From Flavobacteriales bacterium (GTDB lineage Bacteria > Bacteroidota > Bacteroidia > Flavobacteriales > Schleiferiaceae), in the NCBI GenBank assembly GCA_002707525.1, contig PAND01000011.1:36934-100933 (forward strand): a DNA stretch of 64,000 nt. The letters run 5' to 3'. Shown here one piece after another: positions 1-8,302 of this stretch. The notes beneath the pieces are model-generated. The model was not told the origin of the DNA and did no database searches. It saw nothing but the letters and a program-made list of their open reading frames with translations. Made by a program: the position numbers and the translations under genes. Within the stretch, counting starts at the first letter, position 1; every line of letters begins with the position of its first letter.

Positions 1-333
1 TAAAAGATGCTCGCTAGCTACATAATCATCTTTCATATTATTTGCGATCTGCAATGATTTTTGAAGTACATAGGCTGCTTCTCTTCCCATTGAGGTTTCG
101 GTCTGATTACCAATCGTTGGGAGGCTTAGCACAGCGGCTTCTACTGTTTTTTGAAGAATCTCAATGTTGACTTCAGCTTGTTTTAATACAAATGGTAGCA
201 CACTAATATCTTCCGTAATAAGTGACTCCAAAAGATGCAGTGCAGCTACATTCCCGTGATTCTTATCCGTTGCAGAAAACTGTGCGGCTGAAATAATTCC
301 TTGGCTCTTTGTGGTGAATTTATCAATATTCAT
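1..333 (-). CDS. clpB: ATP-dependent chaperone ClpB, N-terminal fragment (gene runs off the left edge)
   Basis: Not in ORF track because there is no stop in the window. Minus-strand ATG at 333-331. Translation is MNIDKFTTKSQGIISAAQFSATDKNHGNVAALHLLESLITEDISVLPFVLKQAEVNIEILQKTVEAAVLSLPTIGN..., which has the pattern of the Clp_N repeat at the N-terminus of bacteroidetal ClpB. Confidence 0.75.
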   Translation of the reverse strand, partial: MNIDKFTTKSQGIISAAQFSATDKNHGNVAALHLLESLITEDISVLPFVLKQAEVNIEILQKTVEAAVLSLPTIGNQTETSMGREAAYVLQKSLQIANNMKDDYVASEHLL

Positions 334-467
334 ATGAATAGGTCTTGGATTGTATAATAGTCACCAATTGTCATGCCTTGGTATAAATGACTGACAACCT
401 ATCAGTTAGAGTGTTGTAAAGCGGAATATTTGTCTTTAGTCTTTAAAAAGAACTGACACAATCGCAT

Positions 468-509
468 AAAAAAACACCCCCGCCACTTCAATAGAAGAAG
501 ACGAGGGTG
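468..509 (-). terminator. Intrinsic terminator downstream of the 1592-aa T9SS cargo gene
   Basis: On the minus-strand RNA, CACCCUCGUC (rc of 500-509) pairs with GGCGGGGGUG (rc of 475-484) in a 10-bp stem with two G-U pairs. It is followed by a 7-U run (A-run at 468-474) and lies 21 nt after the stop at 530. Confidence 0.65.
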
Positions 510-529
510 AAAAAAAAAGAGTTAAATGT

Positions 530-3500
530 TTATTCAACAATCAATCTTTGTACGTCTGATCCTAGAGGAGATAGTGTCTCCACTAAGTACATACCTGACG
601 CCCAACCACTAGTTTCAATAGGGTAGGTGTTGATTCCCTCTTCACCGTGCACAGTTTGTGTCATCATGAGTTGACCTTGGGTATTTCTAATACTGATAGT
701 AACGTCTGCCTCGCTTTGGAATGAAATCGGCAATTGAGCGAACCCAGAAGTTGGATTTGGATGAATCTTACCGACTCCGATGTAATGTTCAAGCTCTTCT
801 TCTCCGATTACATATACGCGGTCTTGACTATCGCTTTGATAGAAACAAAAATCATCTATTGCCCATCCAGCTTTATTAATAGTCTCGTCCGAAGAAAATC
901 TAAATCGGAAGATGGCATTCCTAGCGGTATCCACGCTCAAATTAATCTTCGCTGGTATCCATCCTCCACTTAATCCGGACCAGCCTGGCTTGTAAACATC
1001 CAGAGAGGTCACAAAACTCGTATTGAACCAAGTAGCTCCATATAAGTTGGTGCCAACCGTATGCCAGGTAATACCTCCATCAAATGTAATATCCACGGTA
1101 CCTCCATCATGGTACAATTCTGTTGAGAACTGATGCATGAATTCATAGGTGTAAATTTCGCCGGAATCTATAGCAAATACTGGTGTGAATAAGGAAGAAG
1201 AATCTCTCTTATTGTAATTCGTGTTGAGATCGGTAGCCCATGCATTCACACCGGAATTCGTACTTACGAGTGGTGCATTATTTGGCGTTCCTTCTTCCCA
1301 AATGGAATTCCCGTCTTTTACGAAGGTATTTAGCGTTAACCAGGATTCTAGAGTAGGATCATCAAAATCATTACAATAAGAACTATCAACAGACATGTCT
1401 ATTTTACCTAGTACGATAATATCCTTACAGATTTCATCGTCAGAGGTATCATTATCCGGTTTGCTGTCAGGTAAGGAAGTTCTAACACATATATTATGAG
1501 GTCCACTTGTAGGATTTACCCAAGGAGCAATAAAATCATACCAAGCTGTTTTCCGGGGAATCAGTGGTGGATTGAAAATCACTTTTTCAGGGGATGACCA
1601 CGTTACGCCACCATCTACGCTGTATTCTGCCATGCAGCTATCTAAAACTTTGGCTCCAGTATTCTTAATATTCACTGTGATGTGATTATTTTGATCTGGA
1701 ACGGCTAAGTATTCTATTGTAGTTAAATTGATAGGAGCTGCACTATTTTGAGGAGGTACATAAACCTCTATTTTATCAAAGTTCCATCCGTCTTTATTGC
1801 CGCCTACGGTGAGTAATCTAGCTCTTAGAACCAATGGAGCTGCTGAGAAATTATAAGCATATAACGGCCAAATACTTGTTTGCTGGCCAATGGTGCCAAT
1901 CCAAGCATCTGCAACTACTGAGGTACCAGTATTGTACCAATTGGTGCTGATAACTCCCTGTGGATCCCATAACCCTACAGTGTTCCATTGACCTCCTGAT
2001 TGAGATTCTATTAATGCAACATCTCCTGCACCTAAGTCAATATCGTGAGTGATTCGTAATTCTGCACCTGCAATGGTGTCAAAGCCAATGAATCTTGGGA
2101 AATATAGGTATTCTTCAAGTCCTCCTTGTGCTACCATATTGACCCCGGAGGCGTAGCCATTATTGCCACCTAAGGCAGTAATTGAACCTGTCTTAAATAT
2201 ATTTAGATCACCCGAAGCGAAGAATCCGCTTGTATCTCCTACAGCGCAATTTTCAAAATCTTCAATGAACCCGCTCTGAATGTATTGTTCTGGCCAGCCC
2301 GTTGAAGATGTATATGCGCTATCATTCCAAGAATTGCTATCTCCAGTTTTCGTAGTCCAGGCATATACTTCAAAAGAACCCTTAGGCCAAGCTACTGTAT
2401 TGGTTGCATCAATTGCAACGTCTTCTGAACCTGGTGCAATAGAACCGGTATGGGTAAAACTATATGTTGTGCTTACCCCTGCATTTGCTCCACAAGTCGG
2501 GGTAACAGTGTAGCTAATTGGAATGTTATTCTGAGTTTGTACACCAAAGTTTCTCAAATTGATATTTAATCGCTTCGCCGCTGGTCCCCCGGTCATATTG
2601 ATTCGCGCACCAGGAGTATTTATTCTATCTACACCAACATCAACATTGGCTTTATCAAAAATTGCAATATCATCAAAGGCGATGTCTGCAGCAATCCCTA
2701 ATCCAGATTTCTGAGCAATGAATCTGATTTTGATGATATTGCCAGCTTGGGCACTCAGGTCCAACTCATAGTGACTCCATGCATCTTTTTCATCTGCCAG
2801 GGTTATCGTATAAGGAGACATAGGGTTTGACCAAAAATTCTCTCCAGCTTGTATCCATTGTACGCGAATTGCTCCAATGTCTGCGCCGCACATGTGATGA
2901 CGGAATTGCAGCACCGGTTCTGTCATACCCGAAAGATCGAGACATCTTGAAAGAAGTGTGGCACTCGTTGGGGATATTCCAAAATCACCTTCTGCAACTA
3001 AATAGTTTCCATTTTTACTATAATCAGAAATAGGTCCAGTCCCTACAGTTGGTGTATAGCTTGTACCCACCATGAAAGCATAATTTCCACTATTACTTGC
3101 TGGTGTAGCCGTAAATACTGTATTGGAGAATGTACCAGGATTGAAAGGTGTGTTGTTACCTGGTATGGTTGCTGCATCATCAAAATCTAACACATAAGGG
3201 AAGTTTGAAAACGGTTCTTCGTGCACAATCCTAATAGGGCCTATAGAGTCATTGCTAAAGAGGCTGTCACCCGCCAAGTGTGTATAGACAGTAATGTTAT
3301 ACGTTCCGTAACTACTTAAGTCCGGACCGGTAGTAAATGTGTAAAAGGTGGAATCTCCAGTTTCCAATGTCTTATTGGCTATCAACTCTGTGTGAGTCAC
3401 AGAGGTAGTTGTACCTGCTAAATCCGTGTAGTCGTAAGTCCAAGATACAGGAATGGTATCAAGAGTAGCACACCCGTTATTCTGAACCCATAAATCCAAC

Positions 3501-5308
3501 AATTCATTGTTATTGTAAGAACAATAACCGTTTTGAGGATTGAATACTTCACGCAGCGCTACTTCATAGATAGTAGGCTCATAAACGTTGATGTTATCTA
3601 CAGCAATATCACCTTTTGCCCCTAGGCCGCGGATTCCTGTAAAACGCAACCTAGCATAATCACCAATGTAGTCTGTAAGGTCAACAGAATATTTCTGCCA
3701 CGGATCGTTAGATTTTGTTTGTTGTTGTCCTACAATATCCTCCAACAACGTCCAATTGCTTGTGTTTCTCCCTGTATCAATACTAATCCTAAGTTTGTTT
3801 ATTTCCGATCCATACATGTGGTAATCGAATTCAAGCAAAGCACAAGTCAGATTACTTAAATCAATACACGGAGGTCTCATGTGTGTAATGGAGTTATTAT
3901 TCCCTTGGCTAGCTTCTGTGTAAATGTATTTACCAGAAATAGAAGGTGAGGCGTCACTATCAGGTCCAGTTTGAAAAGAAGATGTTTGTCCTATTCGAAT
4001 GGACCACGCGTAGCCAATGGTGTTTTGAGTAGGGATAACATTGAAGTTCTTACCCACGGCTGGGTTTTGTGAAGGCCAACCGCCTCTATGAGCGGTTCCA
4101 GAAAGTCCTGCGCCAGAACCAGCAACCCAATATACCGGATCTTCAAAGTCTTCAGTAAATGGTAGGGTAGAGGAAAAAGGGAAGGTAGAAGGAGTGGTAG
4201 CTCCACATATAGCTGGAAGAGCAGGTTCACGCCAAAATTTGTTCGTAGTATTCGTAGCTGACTCGAGCGGGCTCCTGATGACATTAGGACAGGCGCAGTC
4301 GAAAATTCGAACATACCATTCTATAGTGTCGTTTACACTTATTCCATTAAACGTATATGCAAAATTTGCTGCAAGTGGACAGCCGTTTGTATTGCTCGGA
4401 GTCATTAATGAGTCGCGCCAAGCCGTCCATGTACTCGCAGACCAATCGTATCTTCTAAAGTAAATTTTTGAGCTATCTACTCCTACATTATCCTCTCCTT
4501 TGAACCTAACGTCTTGGTCGGGCATGTATCTTGCTCCAATGGGTTGGGCTGGTTGACTTACATTAACCCAATCAATGACAGGGGGTTCCAATTCACAAGG
4601 GGCAGCTTCTACCATGATGTTATCAACAAACCATCCTGCTAGTGCATTTGGAGACGGAGTACCTGTCTTATTTGTCATTATGAAACGAATTTTACATGCT
4701 GCGAATCCGTCTTGGTTGTTTACTGCGTCAAAAGCTCCTAAGTAGGAACCAATATCAAAAGTTTCTCTTGCCCACCAGGCATTTGTTGGCGTTGTACCTG
4801 AATTGTTGTTGCCTATGGTAGGTCCTTCCCAATAGGGAGATAAAAGAGCTGAAGGATAGGATAGTTCGTTGAACCAACCTTGTGCGGCGAATTGGGGCGA
4901 CTCTCCTCTGTAATCAGGACCAGTCAAATTCACCCAAGTTGTCCCGTTATCTCTGGACATTTGTACATAGGCTTTTTGTATGAAACGTATTTTACAAATG
5001 TGGTCGAAAGTGAATCTCACGTTGTTATATGAAACAGTGCTAAAGGCATCACTTTCAAAAATGATAGAATCGGATGTGTAAATCTGAGTATGAAATGAAC
5101 TTAATCCAGTGGTGCTCAAGAAAGCAGTGTCATTCCACGTTCTAATGGCATTTAAGGAATCTGTGTTGTAATTGGCGGCGATAGAGTCTGCACCTAAAGC
5201 ACCATCAAAATTTTCTGTAAAAACCGTGTCAATTGGTGGGGCAAATTGACCGAATGCTGTAGTTGCAGAGACAACAAAAAGGAGGGTAGCTACTAAGCTT
5301 TTCTTCAT
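530..5308 (-). CDS. Very large secreted multi-module protein (MAM-like / CARDB-like repeats) with T9SS C-terminal sorting domain
   Basis: ORF track, 1592 aa, with Sec signal MKKSLVATLLFVVSATTAFGQ. There are five modules that open with F(T/I)E(N/D)F(D/E)-type strands and close with VDNIMVEA, VDNINVYE, FDDIAIFD, FDKIEVYV and IDDFCFYQ. Two carry the MAM hallmark F.YHMYG (LEFDYHMYGSEI; LQFRHHMCGADI). The C-terminal ~80 aa (IHPNPTSGFAQLPISF...GMYLVETLS...QRLIVE) resembles a type-A T9SS CTD. Confidence 0.8.
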   Translation of the reverse strand: MKKSLVATLLFVVSATTAFGQFAPPIDTVFTENFDGALGADSIAANYNTDSLNAIRTWNDTAFLSTTGLSSFHTQIYTSDSIIFESDAFSTVSYNNVRFTFDHICKIRFIQKAYVQMSRDNGTTWVNLTGPDYRGESPQFAAQGWFNELSYPSALLSPYWEGPTIGNNNSGTTPTNAWWARETFDIGSYLGAFDAVNNQDGFAACKIRFIMTNKTGTPSPNALAGWFVDNIMVEAAPCELEPPVIDWVNVSQPAQPIGARYMPDQDVRFKGEDNVGVDSSKIYFRRYDWSASTWTAWRDSLMTPSNTNGCPLAANFAYTFNGISVNDTIEWYVRIFDCACPNVIRSPLESATNTTNKFWREPALPAICGATTPSTFPFSSTLPFTEDFEDPVYWVAGSGAGLSGTAHRGGWPSQNPAVGKNFNVIPTQNTIGYAWSIRIGQTSSFQTGPDSDASPSISGKYIYTEASQGNNNSITHMRPPCIDLSNLTCALLEFDYHMYGSEINKLRISIDTGRNTSNWTLLEDIVGQQQTKSNDPWQKYSVDLTDYIGDYARLRFTGIRGLGAKGDIAVDNINVYEPTIYEVALREVFNPQNGYCSYNNNELLDLWVQNNGCATLDTIPVSWTYDYTDLAGTTTSVTHTELIANKTLETGDSTFYTFTTGPDLSSYGTYNITVYTHLAGDSLFSNDSIGPIRIVHEEPFSNFPYVLDFDDAATIPGNNTPFNPGTFSNTVFTATPASNSGNYAFMVGTSYTPTVGTGPISDYSKNGNYLVAEGDFGISPTSATLLSRCLDLSGMTEPVLQFRHHMCGADIGAIRVQWIQAGENFWSNPMSPYTITLADEKDAWSHYELDLSAQAGNIIKIRFIAQKSGLGIAADIAFDDIAIFDKANVDVGVDRINTPGARINMTGGPAAKRLNINLRNFGVQTQNNIPISYTVTPTCGANAGVSTTYSFTHTGSIAPGSEDVAIDATNTVAWPKGSFEVYAWTTKTGDSNSWNDSAYTSSTGWPEQYIQSGFIEDFENCAVGDTSGFFASGDLNIFKTGSITALGGNNGYASGVNMVAQGGLEEYLYFPRFIGFDTIAGAELRITHDIDLGAGDVALIESQSGGQWNTVGLWDPQGVISTNWYNTGTSVVADAWIGTIGQQTSIWPLYAYNFSAAPLVLRARLLTVGGNKDGWNFDKIEVYVPPQNSAAPINLTTIEYLAVPDQNNHITVNIKNTGAKVLDSCMAEYSVDGGVTWSSPEKVIFNPPLIPRKTAWYDFIAPWVNPTSGPHNICVRTSLPDSKPDNDTSDDEICKDIIVLGKIDMSVDSSYCNDFDDPTLESWLTLNTFVKDGNSIWEEGTPNNAPLVSTNSGVNAWATDLNTNYNKRDSSSLFTPVFAIDSGEIYTYEFMHQFSTELYHDGGTVDITFDGGITWHTVGTNLYGATWFNTSFVTSLDVYKPGWSGLSGGWIPAKINLSVDTARNAIFRFRFSSDETINKAGWAIDDFCFYQSDSQDRVYVIGEEELEHYIGVGKIHPNPTSGFAQLPISFQSEADVTISIRNTQGQLMMTQTVHGEEGINTYPIETSGWASGMYLVETLSPLGSDVQRLIVE

Positions 5309-5346
5309 TGCTAAACGCTTTTGAGTTAACCTTTTTCAGGTATTTA

Positions 5347-5354
5347 CAAATATA
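5347..5354 (-). promoter_or_regulatory. Candidate Bacteroidetes -7 promoter box (TAnnTTTG) for the 1592-aa gene
   Basis: Plus-strand CAAATATA is TATATTTG on the minus strand, 39 nt upstream of the ATG at 5308. Confidence 0.4.
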
Positions 5355-5437
5355 TAAAAATGCCGATGCGCCCGACTTGGCTAGAGCTAAAAGTCTTCAA
5401 AGAATGAGAGAAAGTGATTCTTGCCGATTGAGTAAAA

Positions 5438-6052
5438 TTATTTGACATTGAAATAGAAGATGCGTTTATCCTCTAAGTACAATTCCAAAAGATCGTTTTT
5501 ATAGACTTGACCAACACCAGCGGGGGTTCCTGTAAATAATAAATCACCGGTTTTTAGCGTAAAGTACTTACTGACATGCGCAATTAATTTATCTACGGGA
5601 AACAACATGTTTTTGGTATTGCCCGATTGTACTGTTTTACCATTGATATCCAAGTGGAATGGGATGTTTGTAATAGGTTGATTCAACTCCTTAATTTTGA
5701 AAAACCTACTTACTGCTGCCGAACCATCAAAGGCTTTAGCTTTTTCCCAGGGCAACCCCTTTTTCTTACAATCAGCTTGAACGTCGCGTGCAGTAAAATC
5801 AATTCCCAATCCAACTTCATCATAGTATTTATGGGCAAAACGTGATTCGATATGCTTCCCAAGTCGGTTTATTTTAACGACTAATTCTATTTCGTGATGA
5901 ACTTCATTACTGTGTTCTGGAATGAAAAAGGGATGTTTCTTCAAGAGAATAGCAGTGTCTGGTTTCATAAACACAACCGGTTCCTCTGGAACTGGATTAT
6001 TTAATTCAGCCGCATGCTTCGCGTAGTTGCGACCAATACAGATGATCTTCAT
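5438..6052 (-). CDS. Fumarylacetoacetate hydrolase (FAH) family protein
   Basis: 204 aa. The N-terminus MKIICIGRNYAKHAAELNN and the C-terminal TGDLLFTGTPAGVG are typical of the small FAH/2-keto-4-pentenoate hydratase family. Confidence 0.85.
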   Translation of the reverse strand: MKIICIGRNYAKHAAELNNPVPEEPVVFMKPDTAILLKKHPFFIPEHSNEVHHEIELVVKINRLGKHIESRFAHKYYDEVGLGIDFTARDVQADCKKKGLPWEKAKAFDGSAAVSRFFKIKELNQPITNIPFHLDINGKTVQSGNTKNMLFPVDKLIAHVSKYFTLKTGDLLFTGTPAGVGQVYKNDLLELYLEDKRIFYFNVK

Positions 6053-6054
6053 AA

Positions 6055-6825
6055 TTAACCTTTATTAAATTCTCTTAATCTGATGGCAGTCAACACCTTT
6101 TTTGTGTACAAGGGAAAATCGGCGTTTTGTATCCAGCTATAATACCCTGGGTTTTCACTTAATACTTCTTTTATTGTTTTACCTCTATACTTTCCGAAGG
6201 TGAAAACTTCCTCTTCGCTATCATTAAAGGCAATGAATCCTGCAAAGTCGGCTACTTTTTGACGATTAGAAAAATCGGCTAAGAAGTTCATGTCATTTTC
6301 TAATTCATCGTAACGCTGTATTTGTGCCTTTAATATTTCAAACGTGGCCAATACATCTGCTTCGGCACTATGGGCGTTTTCTAAATTTTGGTTACAATAA
6401 AATTTGAATGCCGCACTTAGTGTGCGTTGCTCCATCCTATGAAAGATATTCTGAACATCAACAGCTCTCCTGTTACTCATGTCAAAATCAATTCCCGCGC
6501 GAAGGAATTCCTCTACTAATAAAGGAATATCGAACTTGTTACTATTAAATCCGGCTAAATCACTGTCACTTATTAATTGATGGACCTCAGGTGCTATTTC
6601 TGAAAAGGTGAGCTCATTGGCAATATCGTGATCGTAAATACCGTGAACCAAGGAGGATCCTGTTGGGATGGGAATAGTAGGGTTTACTCTCCAGGTGTGC
6701 GTCTCTTCTTTACCTGATGGTTCCACTTTGTGAATACAGATTTCAACAATTCTGTCGTTAGTTACGTTCACTCCTGTGGTTTCCAGGTCAAAAATGCAAA
6801 TAGGACGTTGAAGGTTAAGTTGCAT
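6055..6825 (-). CDS. 3'-5' exonuclease, DnaQ/DEDD family, with ExoX-like C-terminal domain
   Basis: ExoI motif ICIFDLETTG, ExoII FNSNKFDIPLL and ExoIII HSAEADV. The track start at 6834 is a TTG, so I prefer the ATG at 6825 (MQLNLQRP...). There is a 2-nt gap to the downstream FAH gene. Confidence 0.85.
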   Translation of the reverse strand: MQLNLQRPICIFDLETTGVNVTNDRIVEICIHKVEPSGKEETHTWRVNPTIPIPTGSSLVHGIYDHDIANELTFSEIAPEVHQLISDSDLAGFNSNKFDIPLLVEEFLRAGIDFDMSNRRAVDVQNIFHRMEQRTLSAAFKFYCNQNLENAHSAEADVLATFEILKAQIQRYDELENDMNFLADFSNRQKVADFAGFIAFNDSEEEVFTFGKYRGKTIKEVLSENPGYYSWIQNADFPLYTKKVLTAIRLREFNKG

Positions 6826-6844
6826 GAGAATCAAAATATAGGGT

Positions 6845-6869
6845 TAAAAAAACCGCCCGAAGGCGGTTC
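6845..6869 (-). terminator. Intrinsic terminator after the E2 acyltransferase gene
   Basis: The minus-strand RNA is GAACCGCC-UUCG-GGCGGUUU followed by a U-run (plus strand aaaaaaaccgcc cgaa ggcggtt). It lies 26 nt after the stop at 6895. Confidence 0.85.
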
Positions 6870-6894
6870 TAAAATACGGTTTAATGTGTTGAGC

Positions 6895-8241
6895 TTAAAT
6901 TTCTCTATTCAAGTCCCACGATTCTAGATAATCAGCTACGCGCTTCACAAACTTTCCACCCAATGCACCATCTACTACCCTGTGGTCGTAGCTGTGACTG
7001 AGGAACATTTTGTGCCGAACTGCAATCAAATCGCCCTCTGGTGTTTCTACAACAGCAGGTTTTTTCACTATAGCTCCAGCAGCCATGATAGCTACTTGAG
7101 GCTGATTTATGATTGGGGTTCCCAGCAAGTTGCCAAAGGTTCCAACATTCGTTACGGTATAGGTGCCTCCAGATACTTCATCAGGCTTTAAAGCATTATT
7201 TCGTGCTCTTGTTGCAAGATCATTTACAGCTTTGGTAAGACCTAACAAGCTCAATTGATCTGCGTTTTTCACTACTGGGACAATTAAATTGCCGGAGGGT
7301 AGTGCAGCAGCCATACCTAAATTAATGGCGCTGTGTTTAATAATATTGGAGCCGTCAACACTCACATTGATCATTGGGAAGTCTTGGATGGCCCTTACAA
7401 TGGCCTCCATGATAATAGGCGTAAAGGTGATTTTTTCACCATGTTTCTCCAAGAAGCTATTCTTGATCTTATTTCTCCATAAAACAATCTTAGTCATATC
7501 TGCTTCAACAAAAGAAGTCACATGGGGAGATGTTTTGACAGAGTTTACCATATGATCTGCAATGAGCTTTCTCATGCGATCCATCTCTATAATTTCGTCT
7601 CCCGGCGCTGCAGTTACACTAGGGGCAGGTGCTGTCTTCTGGACAGCTGGAGTTGAAGCCGCAGCCGCAGCCGCTGGCACCGTCGATGACTCTGTTTTTA
7701 TTGGGGTAGATCCCACACGACCACCTTCAAGATAGGTCAATACATCTTTTTTAGTCACACGTCCGTCCTTGCCAGAACCAGGAATACCGTCTAATTCAGT
7801 TTGATTTATTCCTTCCTCTTTGGCCATACTGCGCACAAGAGGAGAATAAAACCTACCATTTGACTTTTTAGAAATGGGAGCACTTAATATAGGCGGAGTA
7901 ACAGTTTCTGCAGCGGCAGCAACTTGAGTTTCAATTTTTGCAGCGACTTCTTCAACCGGAGCAGAAACGGGTTCATGTACTGAAGTTGACTCGTTAGTAC
8001 CTTCAGTTTCAATGATAGCAATAGCCTCACCAACTTGGGCGACATCATTAACATTACTTATGATTTTAATGAGCTTGCCGCTAACTGGTGAAGGAACTTC
8101 ACTATCTACTTTGTCTGTAGCTACTTCAACAACGCTTTCCTCAGCCTCAATGAAGTCTCCTTCATTTTTTAGCCACGTAGTAATAGTGGCTTCAGCAACG
8201 GATTCGCCCATTTTGGGTAAAATTAATTCTAATTGAGCCAT
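6895..8241 (-). CDS. 2-oxoacid dehydrogenase E2 component (dihydrolipoyl acyltransferase), probably branched-chain type
   Basis: 448 aa. Lipoyl domain LPKMGESVAEATITTWL...VATDKVDSEVPSP, an Ala/Pro-rich linker, E3-binding segment SPLVRSMAKEEGI, and catalytic motif SYDHRVVDGALGGKF. Confidence 0.9.
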   Translation of the reverse strand: MAQLELILPKMGESVAEATITTWLKNEGDFIEAEESVVEVATDKVDSEVPSPVSGKLIKIISNVNDVAQVGEAIAIIETEGTNESTSVHEPVSAPVEEVAAKIETQVAAAAETVTPPILSAPISKKSNGRFYSPLVRSMAKEEGINQTELDGIPGSGKDGRVTKKDVLTYLEGGRVGSTPIKTESSTVPAAAAAASTPAVQKTAPAPSVTAAPGDEIIEMDRMRKLIADHMVNSVKTSPHVTSFVEADMTKIVLWRNKIKNSFLEKHGEKITFTPIIMEAIVRAIQDFPMINVSVDGSNIIKHSAINLGMAAALPSGNLIVPVVKNADQLSLLGLTKAVNDLATRARNNALKPDEVSGGTYTVTNVGTFGNLLGTPIINQPQVAIMAAGAIVKKPAVVETPEGDLIAVRHKMFLSHSYDHRVVDGALGGKFVKRVADYLESWDLNREI

Positions 8242-8278
8242 TGATATTTCGGTTTATTGTCCTCGAATTTACGGCAAA

Positions 8279-8302
8279 AAACTGTGGAAATTCATACAGT
8301 TT
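8279..8302 (-). terminator. Weak A/U-rich hairpin plus U-run overlapping the GT2 stop codon
   Basis: The minus-strand RNA is AAACUGU-(10 nt loop)-ACAGUUU followed by UUUG. The stem is short and A/U-rich, so this is uncertain. Confidence 0.35.

Noticed and set aside
334-470. A shared heat-shock operator upstream of clpB and htpG (both upstream regions, including 26669-26809, contain TTGTCA(G/A)-like words)
   Set aside because: Only a 6-7 nt word is shared, with different spacing and context. That is easily chance in AT-rich DNA, and I saw no CIRCE/HAIR-like inverted repeat.
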